Assembly (NCBI GenBank): GCA_951406725.2
Contig: OX597819.1
Location: 5,890,001 to 5,954,000, forward strand
Length of the DNA: 64,000 nucleotides
DNA from: Octopus vulgaris
Taxonomy: Eukaryota
Direction of reading: 5' to 3'
Position numbers and translations under genes: made by a program. How positions within the stretch are numbered: position 1 is the stretch's first letter; the number at the start of each line of letters is the position of its first letter. Below the pieces are notes generated by a model. That model was given only the letters and a program-made list of their open reading frames with translations. It was not told where the DNA came from and did not search any database. This document shows, piece after piece, positions 53,178 through 64,000 of this stretch.

Positions 53178-55128
53178 TCATTATTCAATTTATTTCAAGA
53201 CTTCTTGCGAAAAGAGAACGAACCGGTTCTAACCTAGATCCAAGTTTCCTTCATTAGAATTTCAACATCAAAAACAGGGTATTCATGTATGTATGTATGT
53301 ATGTATGTATGTATGTATGTATGTATGTATGTATGTATGTATGTATGTATGTATGTATGTATGTATGTATGTATGTATGTATGTATGTATGTATGTATGT
53401 ATGTATGTATATGCAGATTTGTATGTTTTATATATGTAGTCTCATGCATGTAGTTGCATATCTGGACATGCTCATATATATTTAAATGATAAATTCCTGG
53501 AATGTTTCACAGATTTTTACAGTTCCAGTGATGGATTGGATCTGTAGTCTTCGAATTAGCTTTCTCCTTTCTGGTTTTGAGAAGCCTAACTTCTCAAGAT
53601 GGGTATTTAGACAGTGTGTTACATATCTCAGGGCCCCAATAATTACAGGCATAAACCTGAACTAGTAAAATGGATAGCGTAACTGCAGATTCCTCAGCAG
53701 TTCAGTATAGGTGTTCTCTTTTTCACTGATCTTCAGCTTCATGTTAACATCCCCTGGGCAACTAATTTCCACAAATGTGCACAGTTTCTCTTCTCTATCC
53801 CAGATCATTATATCAGGTCTGTTGTACCTACATTTTATTGAGGTTTTCACAGATACATTCCACCAGTATTCTTTTTCATTATGAGTGGCTATGGCTTCTA
53901 CTATATTCTGGGTTTTTATTTCTTTGTCCTCGGGATTATCCTTCCGACGGATTTCATTATAAAGTGTCTAGCTACAACGCCATGTCTCATTGGTAGATAA
54001 TACCACGATGACATTTTCGGACGACTGCTTATGATGTGGTTGATACCTTCAGTGTGAACTCCATAAAATCTGCATAAGTTGTCACACTTTACGGCTTTTC
54101 TCGCATCTCTATCCATTGTTTGCATCAATTACTTGGTTGATATTTCCTGTTCCTGGATTGCAAACGCATACCCTTCAAAGCTGGAGGTAGTAATCCGGCT
54201 ATTCTTCCACGATAAACTGCTTTGATGTTCGATGTTACTATAATCACGGAGCTTTCTACTAACATATCCATGTATAATCTTCTGCTCATATAGGCCTATC
54301 CTATCATCTGATGGTATGTTGCGATAGAGTCGTGCGACTTCTTTGGGCATGTTATCAGACAAAAGTTGTTACTCAAGGAGCTGCCCTCTAAGTCTTATGT
54401 TATCAGCCTCATGTATACAAACTTGGTCAAAGGATGCACTTCAACACATGGTGGATAAAAGATGTTCCGAAAGCATTTTGGATCGATGTTAAGTCTCTGT
54501 CGCCTTGCTTACGTTTTGGGTAGAGGCGGTCTTCATTACTGTTTATGTGGAAATTGTATGTGCTTGTTAGTATTTTTTCAGGTTTTCACATCAATGGCTC
54601 GAAACTCATCAAGCGTGCAATCAAGTGGCTCAAATGTTAGTATGAGTACTGGCACTGCAAACAAATTGTGGAGCACTGTTTTGTTGAATGCAGAGAGTTC
54701 TGAGGTCCATATTTTCTTTATTCGGCTGTAATATTTTTTAGTGACACGTGTTTTGTTTTCATCCACCTCTAGATAGGTGTAACGTTCCTCGTCAGATACA
54801 AGGGAAACAGTCAAATCTTTGATGGAGATTTTACTAATCTGGTATAGAGTTTCCATCTTTTCACGACCATATGACAACATTTATCCTGACCAAATTCTAA
54901 CCCTACATCCTGTATATTCTTTGTATAAAGTTTTAAGTCACCCATGAATAAACAGTGTGTAAATTTGGTATTTCGGTTTCTTTGTGAACCAGTGAGATAT
55001 CCTTCTGACTTCCTTAACACGAACGACAAAAGGTATACAGAAAGTATAAACAACATTTCAGAGAGGCTGTTTCCTTGGAATACGCCTTTGCGATTTGTAT
55101 TCTGTCAGTGATAATACAATCACTCTTT
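53178..55128 (-). mobile_element. Divergent R4-like RLE LINE, 5'-truncated, flanked by (CATA)n
   Basis: KGVFQGNSLS, HCLFMGDLKLY, YTYLEV, CRFYG..HIISS, MRH, RPDIMIWD..VEISCP..EKENTY; (TATG)n at 53122-53177 and 55128-55180. Confidence 0.85.
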
Positions 55129-55183
55129 ATGTATGTATGTATGTATGTATGTATGTATGTATGTATGTATGTATGTATGTGTA

Positions 55184-55337
55184 AGTGTGGTAAGAAATTG
55201 CTTCCCAGCCATATGGTTCCGGGTCCAGTCCCACTGCGGGGCACCTCGTGTGAGTGTCTTCTATTATAGCTTCGGGCCCACCAAAGCCTTGTAGTTTGGT
55301 ACACGGAAACTGAAAGTGTACACACACACACACACAC

Positions 55338-55400
<63 letters not shown>

Positions 55401-55413
55401 CATATATAAACAC

Positions 55414-55444
<31 letters not shown>

Positions 55445-55695
55445 TGTATGTATGTATGTATGTATGTATGTATGTATGTATGTATGCATGTACGTACGTA
55501 TGTGTGTTTCTGACTATCAGTGTTGTCTTCACGTCACTGCAACTTAACGGTTCGGTAAAATTTGAGTGATGCAATAAGTACTCCGTTTTAAACAAATCAT
55601 AAATAACTGCTGGTGTTGATTCGTTCAACTAAAATTCTTCAACGCAGTGCCACATCGTTGCAGCACTCTAATAACTGAAACAACTAAAAGATAAA
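55184..55695 (+). mobile_element. Decayed SINE family A-related copy with expanded internal microsatellite
   Basis: Head gtgtggtaag..ggtccagtcccactgc; tail ctgaaacaactaaaaga. Confidence 0.7.
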
Positions 55696-56393
55696 ATAAA
55701 AAAAATTATATGGATTTGAATACAACACACACATACACACACACACACTCACACACATCGTGTTATGCACCGTTCGCATGACGTATTGCCATATCATCTT
55801 CCTTTAACTGTTGCTTTAGTAGAACCGTTAACATTTTGTGTTTTCTAAGTAGAAGTTACTATTTATTGTTGAACACGAAAAATCCTGTGAATGAATCCAA
55901 TTAAAGTTTTCTATTCTGTATCGTATTTATGAAAATTATCTTTTCCTGTTTTCCATTATTTATGTTAATTTTCATTGTAAGGATTTTTGAATTCATTGGC
56001 AAAAACTTCTGAGTAATTGCAGTTGATATTCTATTAGTGTGTCATATATGATCGATATATCCCTACTTTCGAAAGACTATATCTTTTGATCGAACTGGTA
56101 GAGCGTTTCGGCAGTGGAACAGTTGACATTTGCGGCTGTGCGGCTGTGTGTTTTAGCTGTAGCGAGCGACCTCTGAAGGAAGATTTCATACTCATAGCTG
56201 ACCTTAATCTTCCGAGTCTTCAAAAGCATATTGAATGTAAGTCTCGATGAAAAAATTGCCTCACTAAAACTGGTGCGTTCAGACAAAAGCCGTTTTACAA
56301 GTATCTACACTCCTTCAGGTTAAAGGATGAAGAAAACTTCACATACATGTCTTATTTCTTCTGAGACACCGTCAATAACATGTCATACATATT

Positions 56394-56628
56394 TCTTTCT
56401 TTATTGCCCACAAGGAGCTAAAGACAGAGGGGGACAAACAAGGACAGACAAAGGGGTTAAGTCGATTACATCGACCCCAGTGCGAAACTGGTACTTTATT
56501 TATCGACCCCGAAAGGATGAAAGGCAAAGTCGACCTCGACGGAATTTGAACTCAGAAGGTAACGACACACGAAATACTGCTAAGCATTTCGCCCGGCACG
56601 CTAACGTTTCTGCCAGCTCGCCGCCTGT
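56394..56628 (-). mobile_element. SINE family B, full length, long tail, 14 bp TSD
   Basis: TSD atgtcatacatatt at 56380-56393 and 56629-56642. Confidence 0.92.
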
Positions 56629-56835
56629 ATGTCATACATATTGTGTATAAATGTATGTATGTTTGCGTATATGTAATTAACTCTCTCTCTCTCTCTCCTG
56701 TTTCTGTCTCTCTATCTCTCTCTATGTGCGTGCGTGGGTGTGTTTGTGTGTGCGTATGCGTGTGTGTACACGAATAGAAATACTCACACGCAGAGACATA
56801 TGCCAAAACTTATGTCTGCTTGATTTTTGTATGAA

Positions 56836-57205
56836 TCTCTATATAAAACTGAGAATGTGTGTCTGTCTGTCTGTGTGTTTCCCTAAAACTTTAGAACTAC
56901 TCAACCAATTTCATTAAAATTTTACCCATGCCTTACTTAGGGTCCGGGGAGTGTCATCGGCAAAAGAAATTTTAACTTTTTGCCTAGGGCGAGCCCACAG
57001 CAATATCATATCTTCTCCACTACGATTCCCTAAAACTTCAGAACTATACAGTCAATTTCATTCAAATTTTACACATGCCTTACTTAGGGTCCATGTAGTT
57101 TCATGGGCAAAAAAATGTTCAACTTCTTGCCTAGGGCGACCCCATAGCAATATCATATCTTCTCCACTATTTCAGTAGTACGTGTTAAAAGTGAAACAAA
57201 AACAT
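56836..57205 (+). mobile_element. Helitron-like 5' portion with two ~147 bp internal tandem repeats
   Basis: a|TCtctatataaaactgag, (gtct)n, then units starting ttccctaaaactt at 56879 and 57026; no CTAG 3' end seen. Confidence 0.65.
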
Positions 57206-57847
57206 ATGGACACATATACATACACACATATATATTTCCTTAGTGTCTCTTTCTAAGTCTGTTTATATGTATGCATTCATGTGAACATGTGACTTTTCTT
57301 GAATCAACAAAGCAGAGTCTGTATGCGTCAGCCTGTGTACGTGCGTATCTATTTGTCCTTTTGTAAGCCCCTGTAGACGTATTTAAGGTGGAGTATGATG
57401 CACTTTGTTTATGTATGTAAGCGCATGCACGTCTAAATATATGTTTGTATGTATGTTACACACCATTCCCGGGCGCTTAGTAAAAGAAAAAAGATTCAAC
57501 GTGAAATGTGAGAAAGTTCTGGTCTTTGTTGAGATTGGAGAAAATAAATTTCCTCAACCTAATTTGAAGAAATATAATTAAGGAAAAATGTTGTAACGAA
57601 GATAAATTCTTGGGTTAAAAATAGTCTTAAGATGCCTAGATAGATAGATTGATAGATAGACGGAAAGATAGATAGACAGTAAGATAGATAGATAGAGAGA
57701 TACATAACCAGCTAACTACATACGTACTTACATAAACACACATATGTATGCATGTATGTATGTGCAAATATATGTGCATATATATAAGTATGCATGTATA
57801 TGCGTGTGTAAATATATGTGCATATATACATGTATGTATGTATACAT

Positions 57848-57946
<99 letters not shown>

Positions 57947-58037
57947 CTTAACTACATTAAGCACATACATACAGGCATATATATATATATCTGTCTATGT
58001 ATATATATTTATATATATTTGTGTGTATATATGAATG

Positions 58038-58069
<32 letters not shown>

Positions 58070-58149
58070 CGTGTGTGTGTGTGTGTATGTTTGTGTATAT
58101 GTATATTTGTGTGTATATATGCGCATATACATGTATATATATGTGTATA

Positions 58150-58192
<43 letters not shown>

Positions 58193-58472
58193 TATATTTA
58201 TGTGTGCATATATGTGAAAGACTGATAGACAGAAAACAGATAGATAGATAGATAGATGTAATAGTAAATAAATATTCATATTGATGGAGAGGTAGATAGG
58301 GGTGGTTTTGAAATGCACAAAAAGGGAAAACATGACAAAAGGAATAAGAGGTAAGGGAGGGTGTGGGGAAGCGGAATAGAAAAAGTGAGAAAAAGAATAT
58401 GGAACAAGAAAATATAGTGATTGAGAGGAGATAGAGAGAGAGAGAGAGGATGTTGGGGAGGGAGAGGTAGAG

Positions 58473-58519
<47 letters not shown>

Positions 58520-58824
58520 TGGGGAGAGACTGGGGTGAAAGTGAGTGAAAGCGAAAAAGTGAACATCAATTTAAATTGTTCTAATTTTTTTCCTCGGTAA
58601 ACTTACTCTGAAATTTAATCACATGGAATTGGAGAGTGTAAAATATCCACCACCACCACCACCACCACCACCACCACCACCACAACCGCCGCCGTCGCCA
58701 CCATCATCATCATCATAATCATCAGTACCATCTTCCGCCTTGCCATCATAGTTTCGCTAAAGAAAACTACCACCAGCTTATTCACCACCACTGCCATATA
58801 CATACATACATACATGCAATGCAT

Positions 58825-58863
<39 letters not shown>

Positions 58864-58881
58864 TATATATATATATATATA

Positions 58882-59027
58882 GGCGCAGGAGTGGCTGTGT
58901 GGTAAGTAGCTTGTTTACCAACCACATGGTTCCGGGTTCAGTCCCGCTGCGTGGCACCTTGGGCAAATGTCTTCTACTATAGCCTCGGGCCGATTTGGTA
59001 GACGGAAACTGAAAGAAGCCCGTCGTA

Positions 59028-59061
<34 letters not shown>

Positions 59062-59283
59062 CGCGTGTGTGTGCTTGTGTGTCTGTGTTTGTCCTCCTAG
59101 CATTGCTTGACAACCGATGCTTGTGTGCTTATGTCCCCGTTACTTAGCGGTTCGGCAAAATGAGACCGATAGAATAAGTACTGGGCTTACAAAAGAATAA
59201 GTCCCGGGGTCGAGTTGCTCGATTAAAGGCGGTGCTCCAGCATGGCCGCTGTCAAATGACTGAAACAAGTGAAAGAGTAAAAG

Positions 59284-59286
<3 letters not shown>
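58882..59286 (+). mobile_element. SINE family A, same subfamily as 29050
   Basis: Shares gcttgtttacc, tatgtccccgttac and gagttgctcgatt variants with 29050. Confidence 0.92.
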
Positions 59287-59376
<90 letters not shown>

Positions 59377-60191
59377 TTATACACACACACACAATACACC
59401 ACCATAGATATCACACTCCTCTTTCTCTTCGTCCATCCCCTTCTCTTGCTTCTTTCTCCTACTCCACTTCATCATCATCATCATCGCACTGTCCTTATTA
59501 CTATTACAGTACAACCATCACTATCACCATCATTATGTTAAAATTTAAACCTCTGTAGCACGTCATACGACTGGCTCGAAATAGCAACCAAATATATCTT
59601 AACTCACAACGTTACTGCCATACATAAGGAAATTCGATAACATACTCGTAGATACTCATAAAGAGACGTGACGCCCCTGGATGGAATGGTAAGTTAGACT
59701 GAGATTTGACTAAATAAAAGCTAATCCAGCTCTATTCCAATCACCAGGAAACGAAACCCGGAATAACAGACTCAATATAGAACCTATCAAATCTACTGTC
59801 TCCTTTCCTTTTATTGACAACATCAGAAAGATCCAACTATTCAGACACACACAAGCACACACACACACACACACACACACACGAACATATACAACAGTAA
59901 AAACCACAATAACAATAACCAAATCCGCAATCTAGAATTTTTATATTATGGCCGACTTCCTACACGTGTATTGTTGTGATGCATAGAAATCGGTTTCCCA
60001 GATCTACAAACAATGCAGATGAACTGTTCTTGACGTTTCCAAGATATTCATAGTGTAATATCCAAGGATTCATCACAGTGTCAAAGCTGAAATCGAATTC
60101 ACATATATGCACTTACATAGCGAAGATTTGTGAATGCAGACCTATGTGTATTATGTACGTATATGTGTATTTGTAACTATCAATCTACCTA

Positions 60192-60531
<340 letters not shown>

Positions 60532-60740
60532 CATATATATATGTATGTATATACATATGTCTGTGTAAAATGTAAAATATCCACCACCACCACCACCACC
60601 AAAACCACCATCACAACCGCCTCCGCCGCCGCCACCATCATCATCATCATAATCATCAGTACCATCCTCCGCCTTGCTATCATAGTTTCGCTAAAGAAAA
60701 CTACCACCAGCTTATTCACTGCCATATACATATGTATGTA

Positions 60741-60839
<99 letters not shown>

Positions 60840-60884
60840 GGTGGTGCACCAGCATGGCCGCAGCTCTAAGCTGAAACTAGAGAG

Positions 60885-60919
<35 letters not shown>

Positions 60920-61448
60920 GTACACAGGCATAATACACACATATATGTGTGTCTATATATATATATATATATACACATACATACATGAACACACACAAAC
61001 ACACAGACATACACACATGTATATCTGCTCATGCACAAACACATATATCGCAAACATGCATACACCCATAAACTTTCATACGTAAAAAAAAGATGTCTAT
61101 CAGTACTGCTATACATCCTATCCTCAATATCGCACAAACATTTACAAATATTTATATTCCTGGCCTTTTTCTTCGCTGGCGTAATTTAGACATAGATTTA
61201 TTTGTTAGTAAATACTTACTTAAAACACTGAATCTAAGCACATGTTTTTGAATAAGAGCAAATAATAACAAATATTATTGCTTACACACATCCTTCAGTA
61301 ACTGTTGCCAATATAAACGAACCTAAAAAAATATAGTAATTTTTACTATTTTTCTTTATTTAATCAATTACAATGTAAACATAAATTATATGTGAATCAC
61401 TATAAAATATGTTCAGTTTCCTAGTTTTCCGGTCTTTATTGAAGCCTA

Positions 61449-61573
61449 TAGGTCCTGCTTGCTAGGTCCTGCTTGCTAGGCCCTGCTTGCTAGGTCCTGC
61501 TTGCTAGGCCCTGCTTGCTAGGTCCTGCTTGCTAGGTCCTGCTTGCTAGGTCCTGCTTGCTAGGTCCTACTTG
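61449..61573. repeat. 14 bp minisatellite (taggtcctgcttgc), about 9 copies
   Basis: Direct tandem units, two carrying the ggccc variant. Confidence 0.97.
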
Positions 61574-62487
61574 TGAAAACCTACTTGAGATCGTATGGGG
61601 CCGTACAGCGCCTGAAGAGCATCGATAAATATAGTAATATTTTTTACATATCAATATTTCTATACTCTCAGCTGGCTAGAGCATTAGGAGTCGAATTATC
61701 TTCCATTGGGTTGATACTTTGTAACTCGTTATCAGCGTTGATATATTTATGGTGTTATACACATTGGGAGCTGTCAATAGACTACGGACTGCTGGCTTCT
61801 ATAGATTTTGAGTTATCAATTTCATTGTGCATTTTATCTTTTCTTCTGTATCAAAATAAGTGACAGCCAGATTTACAATTGTAATAAAAATTGCATGTAA
61901 TGATCAATAGTGCAGATGTATTGGTGGATAGGCAAGAATAAAATTAGATACTTCGTTTACTGCCAGCGCAGTGCATTGTGTCATGACCAGGGTTTTAATA
62001 GCACAACCGACTTAGCTGAAAATAGGCATTGCATTGTTAAGAAGATATCTTCAATTAGAGAAAAAAAGAACACAAACAGATTATTCATGAAATTAGAAGT
62101 CAAAGGCTCTCGCTATGCTTAATGTTAAAAGAAAACAAGTAAAGGAAATACTGATTTCAAATTTTAGTACAAGGCCAGCAATTTTAGGGGTGAGTGTATG
62201 TCGATTACATCGACTTGTGTGTTCAATTAGTACTTATTTTAGCGAAATAAATCAACATGATCGAAATTTTCAGAAAATATAGAGAAGACGTTGTGGGAGG
62301 TGGTGTGATCTTTAAGTCAATGGGAAAAGAAACTAACAACGGACAAGCTTCTGTCTTATTAAATCTTTTCAGCATGATATGGAAGCAATCGGTAAAATGG
62401 ATAAAGGTTGTTCGTTAATTTTTTTAATCTATGAAGAAATAGTTAAATTAGCCCCGTTTGTATATCTACTACGTAACTTGCATATTG

Positions 62488-62825
62488 GAGACCCCCTTCG
62501 GTCACGACACAGACCATGGGATTGCACCTAGAAAGTTACCCTCCTAGACACAAGTCCGGGCGAGGTTGTTTATGGAAGACCATCAGTCGCCCTTGCATAC
62601 CAGCCTCCCCTCTCCACGCCACCAGTGTTATCCAAGGGAAAGACAAAGGTCGATAAAGCTTGGCACCAGTGACGTCGCAACTCATTTCTACAGCCGAGTG
62701 AATTGGAGCAACGTGAAATAAAGTGCCTTGCTCAAGAACACAACACGCAGCCCGGTCCGGGATTCGAGCTCACAGCCTCACGATCGTAAGCTCGACGCTC
62801 TAACCACTGAGGCATGCGCCTTCAC
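62488..62825 (-). mobile_element. tRNA-derived SINE, family C, full length
   Basis: Head ggcgcatgcctcagtggttagagcg..gagctcgaatcccg; body gtgttcttgagcaaggcactt. Confidence 0.9.
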
Positions 62826-63147
62826 TAACTTGTATATATTATATCATTACTTGATATCCTGTAGATTGAGATCCACATTGAACTGGTCGCAGATAAAGTT
62901 AGCAGCTCCATTTCTCTGCAGCCGTGGGATTCGTTGTGTATATTAACAGATTGCTTACTTGTTTCTCTGGAAATGGTCAGATAATGCAGGCACCGCTGGT
63001 TAGAACCCAATAGGGTTAGAAAATCGATTAAGGTTGTTGGTCATTTGGTAAGATCTGTGGAGAAATAGCTAAATTTACCCTGTTCGTATGTCTACTACAT
63101 AGTTTACACACTCATGCGCGCGCATATATGTATTTATGCATGTATGC

Positions 63148-63286
<139 letters not shown>

Positions 63287-63297
63287 ATATATAACTA

Positions 63298-63880
63298 TAC
63301 AAGGGGCGTTCAATAAGTAACGCCCCTGACCCACTTCCCATAGCAGTAGAGCAACGAACTTGGCACAGTTATTAGTCTTTTTCTACATAGGAACCACCCA
63401 GAGTTATGCATTTCTCCCATTGTTTGATGCAGCTCTGGAGACCGTTTTTGTAGAAGAACCCAGCTTGGTCCTCCAACCTGAACGTGACTTCAGAAATCAA
63501 GGCTGCATCATCTGGGAAACGCTTTCCTTTCAAAAACAACTTCATGATTGGGAAGAGGTGAAAATCAGAGGGTGCAAGGTCAGGAAAGTAGGGGGATGGG
63601 GAGGAGTTCATAGCCATACGCCTGTGCTTCTGATCTGGCGACACGCGAGTTGTGGACCGGAGCGTTGTCCTGCAGGAGGGGGATACCTTTGCTGATCTTG
63701 CCCCGCCTCTTGATTTTGATAACTTCTCTTAATTTCCTTAAAAGTGAAGCATAATAGGCTCCTGTAATTGTGGTTCCCTTTGCTAGGAAATCCGTCATCA
63801 CTACTCCGTCCTGGTCCCAGAAGACTGTAAGCATGACCTTACCAGCGGAGGGCTGCACCCTTGCCTTGTCCGGAGGTGAA
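63298..63880 (-). mobile_element. mariner transposon 3' half (catalytic domain pseudogene plus TIR)
   Basis: SAGKVMLTVFWD, LLQDNAPVH, frameshift, FPDLAPSDFHLF..WEKCITLGGSYVEK; terminus ta|caaggggcgttcaataagtaa. Confidence 0.93.
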
Positions 63881-64000
63881 CACTATTAAATTTACATCTA
63901 ATGTAGGATAACATTTTTTCGGACTCTCTCACTCTGTGAAAGTTTCTAGTTCGAATCACACATGTCTCGAGATGTGCTGAAGATTTTCTATTTTGGATAT

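Noticed and set aside
61449-61573. Regular short repeats resembling a CRISPR array
   Set aside because: Contiguous 14 bp units with no spacers, no cas genes, and a eukaryotic context
63372-63858. SETMAR-like domesticated gene
   Set aside because: Frameshifted, truncated, retains a TIR and has no SET domain; an ordinary mariner fossil

Overview
AT-rich, repeat-saturated eukaryotic DNA with no recognisable host gene exon, probably intergenic or intronic. The SINE families and microsatellite density point to an octopus or other cephalopod (inference). The window holds many copies of four tRNA-derived SINE families, decayed L1/Tx1-clade LINEs, R4/Dong-clade LINE fragments, Penelope-like remnants with hammerhead-ribozyme-like cores, mariner, hAT and Helitron pieces, and large microsatellites including a ~2.15 kb (TATG)n array. 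The most notable item is a head-to-tail pair of ~1.6 kb ORF1-only ('half-LINE') retroelements at 15635-18880. They encode a CCHC ORF1 plus an unrecognised conserved C-terminal segment, and share their 3' tail with local Tx1-like LINEs and one SINE family. Also notable are R4-like elements that appear to favour different microsatellites, (TAA)n versus (CATA)n. Most ORFs in the supplied track are microsatellite artefacts. All alignments were done by eye and many boundaries are approximate.
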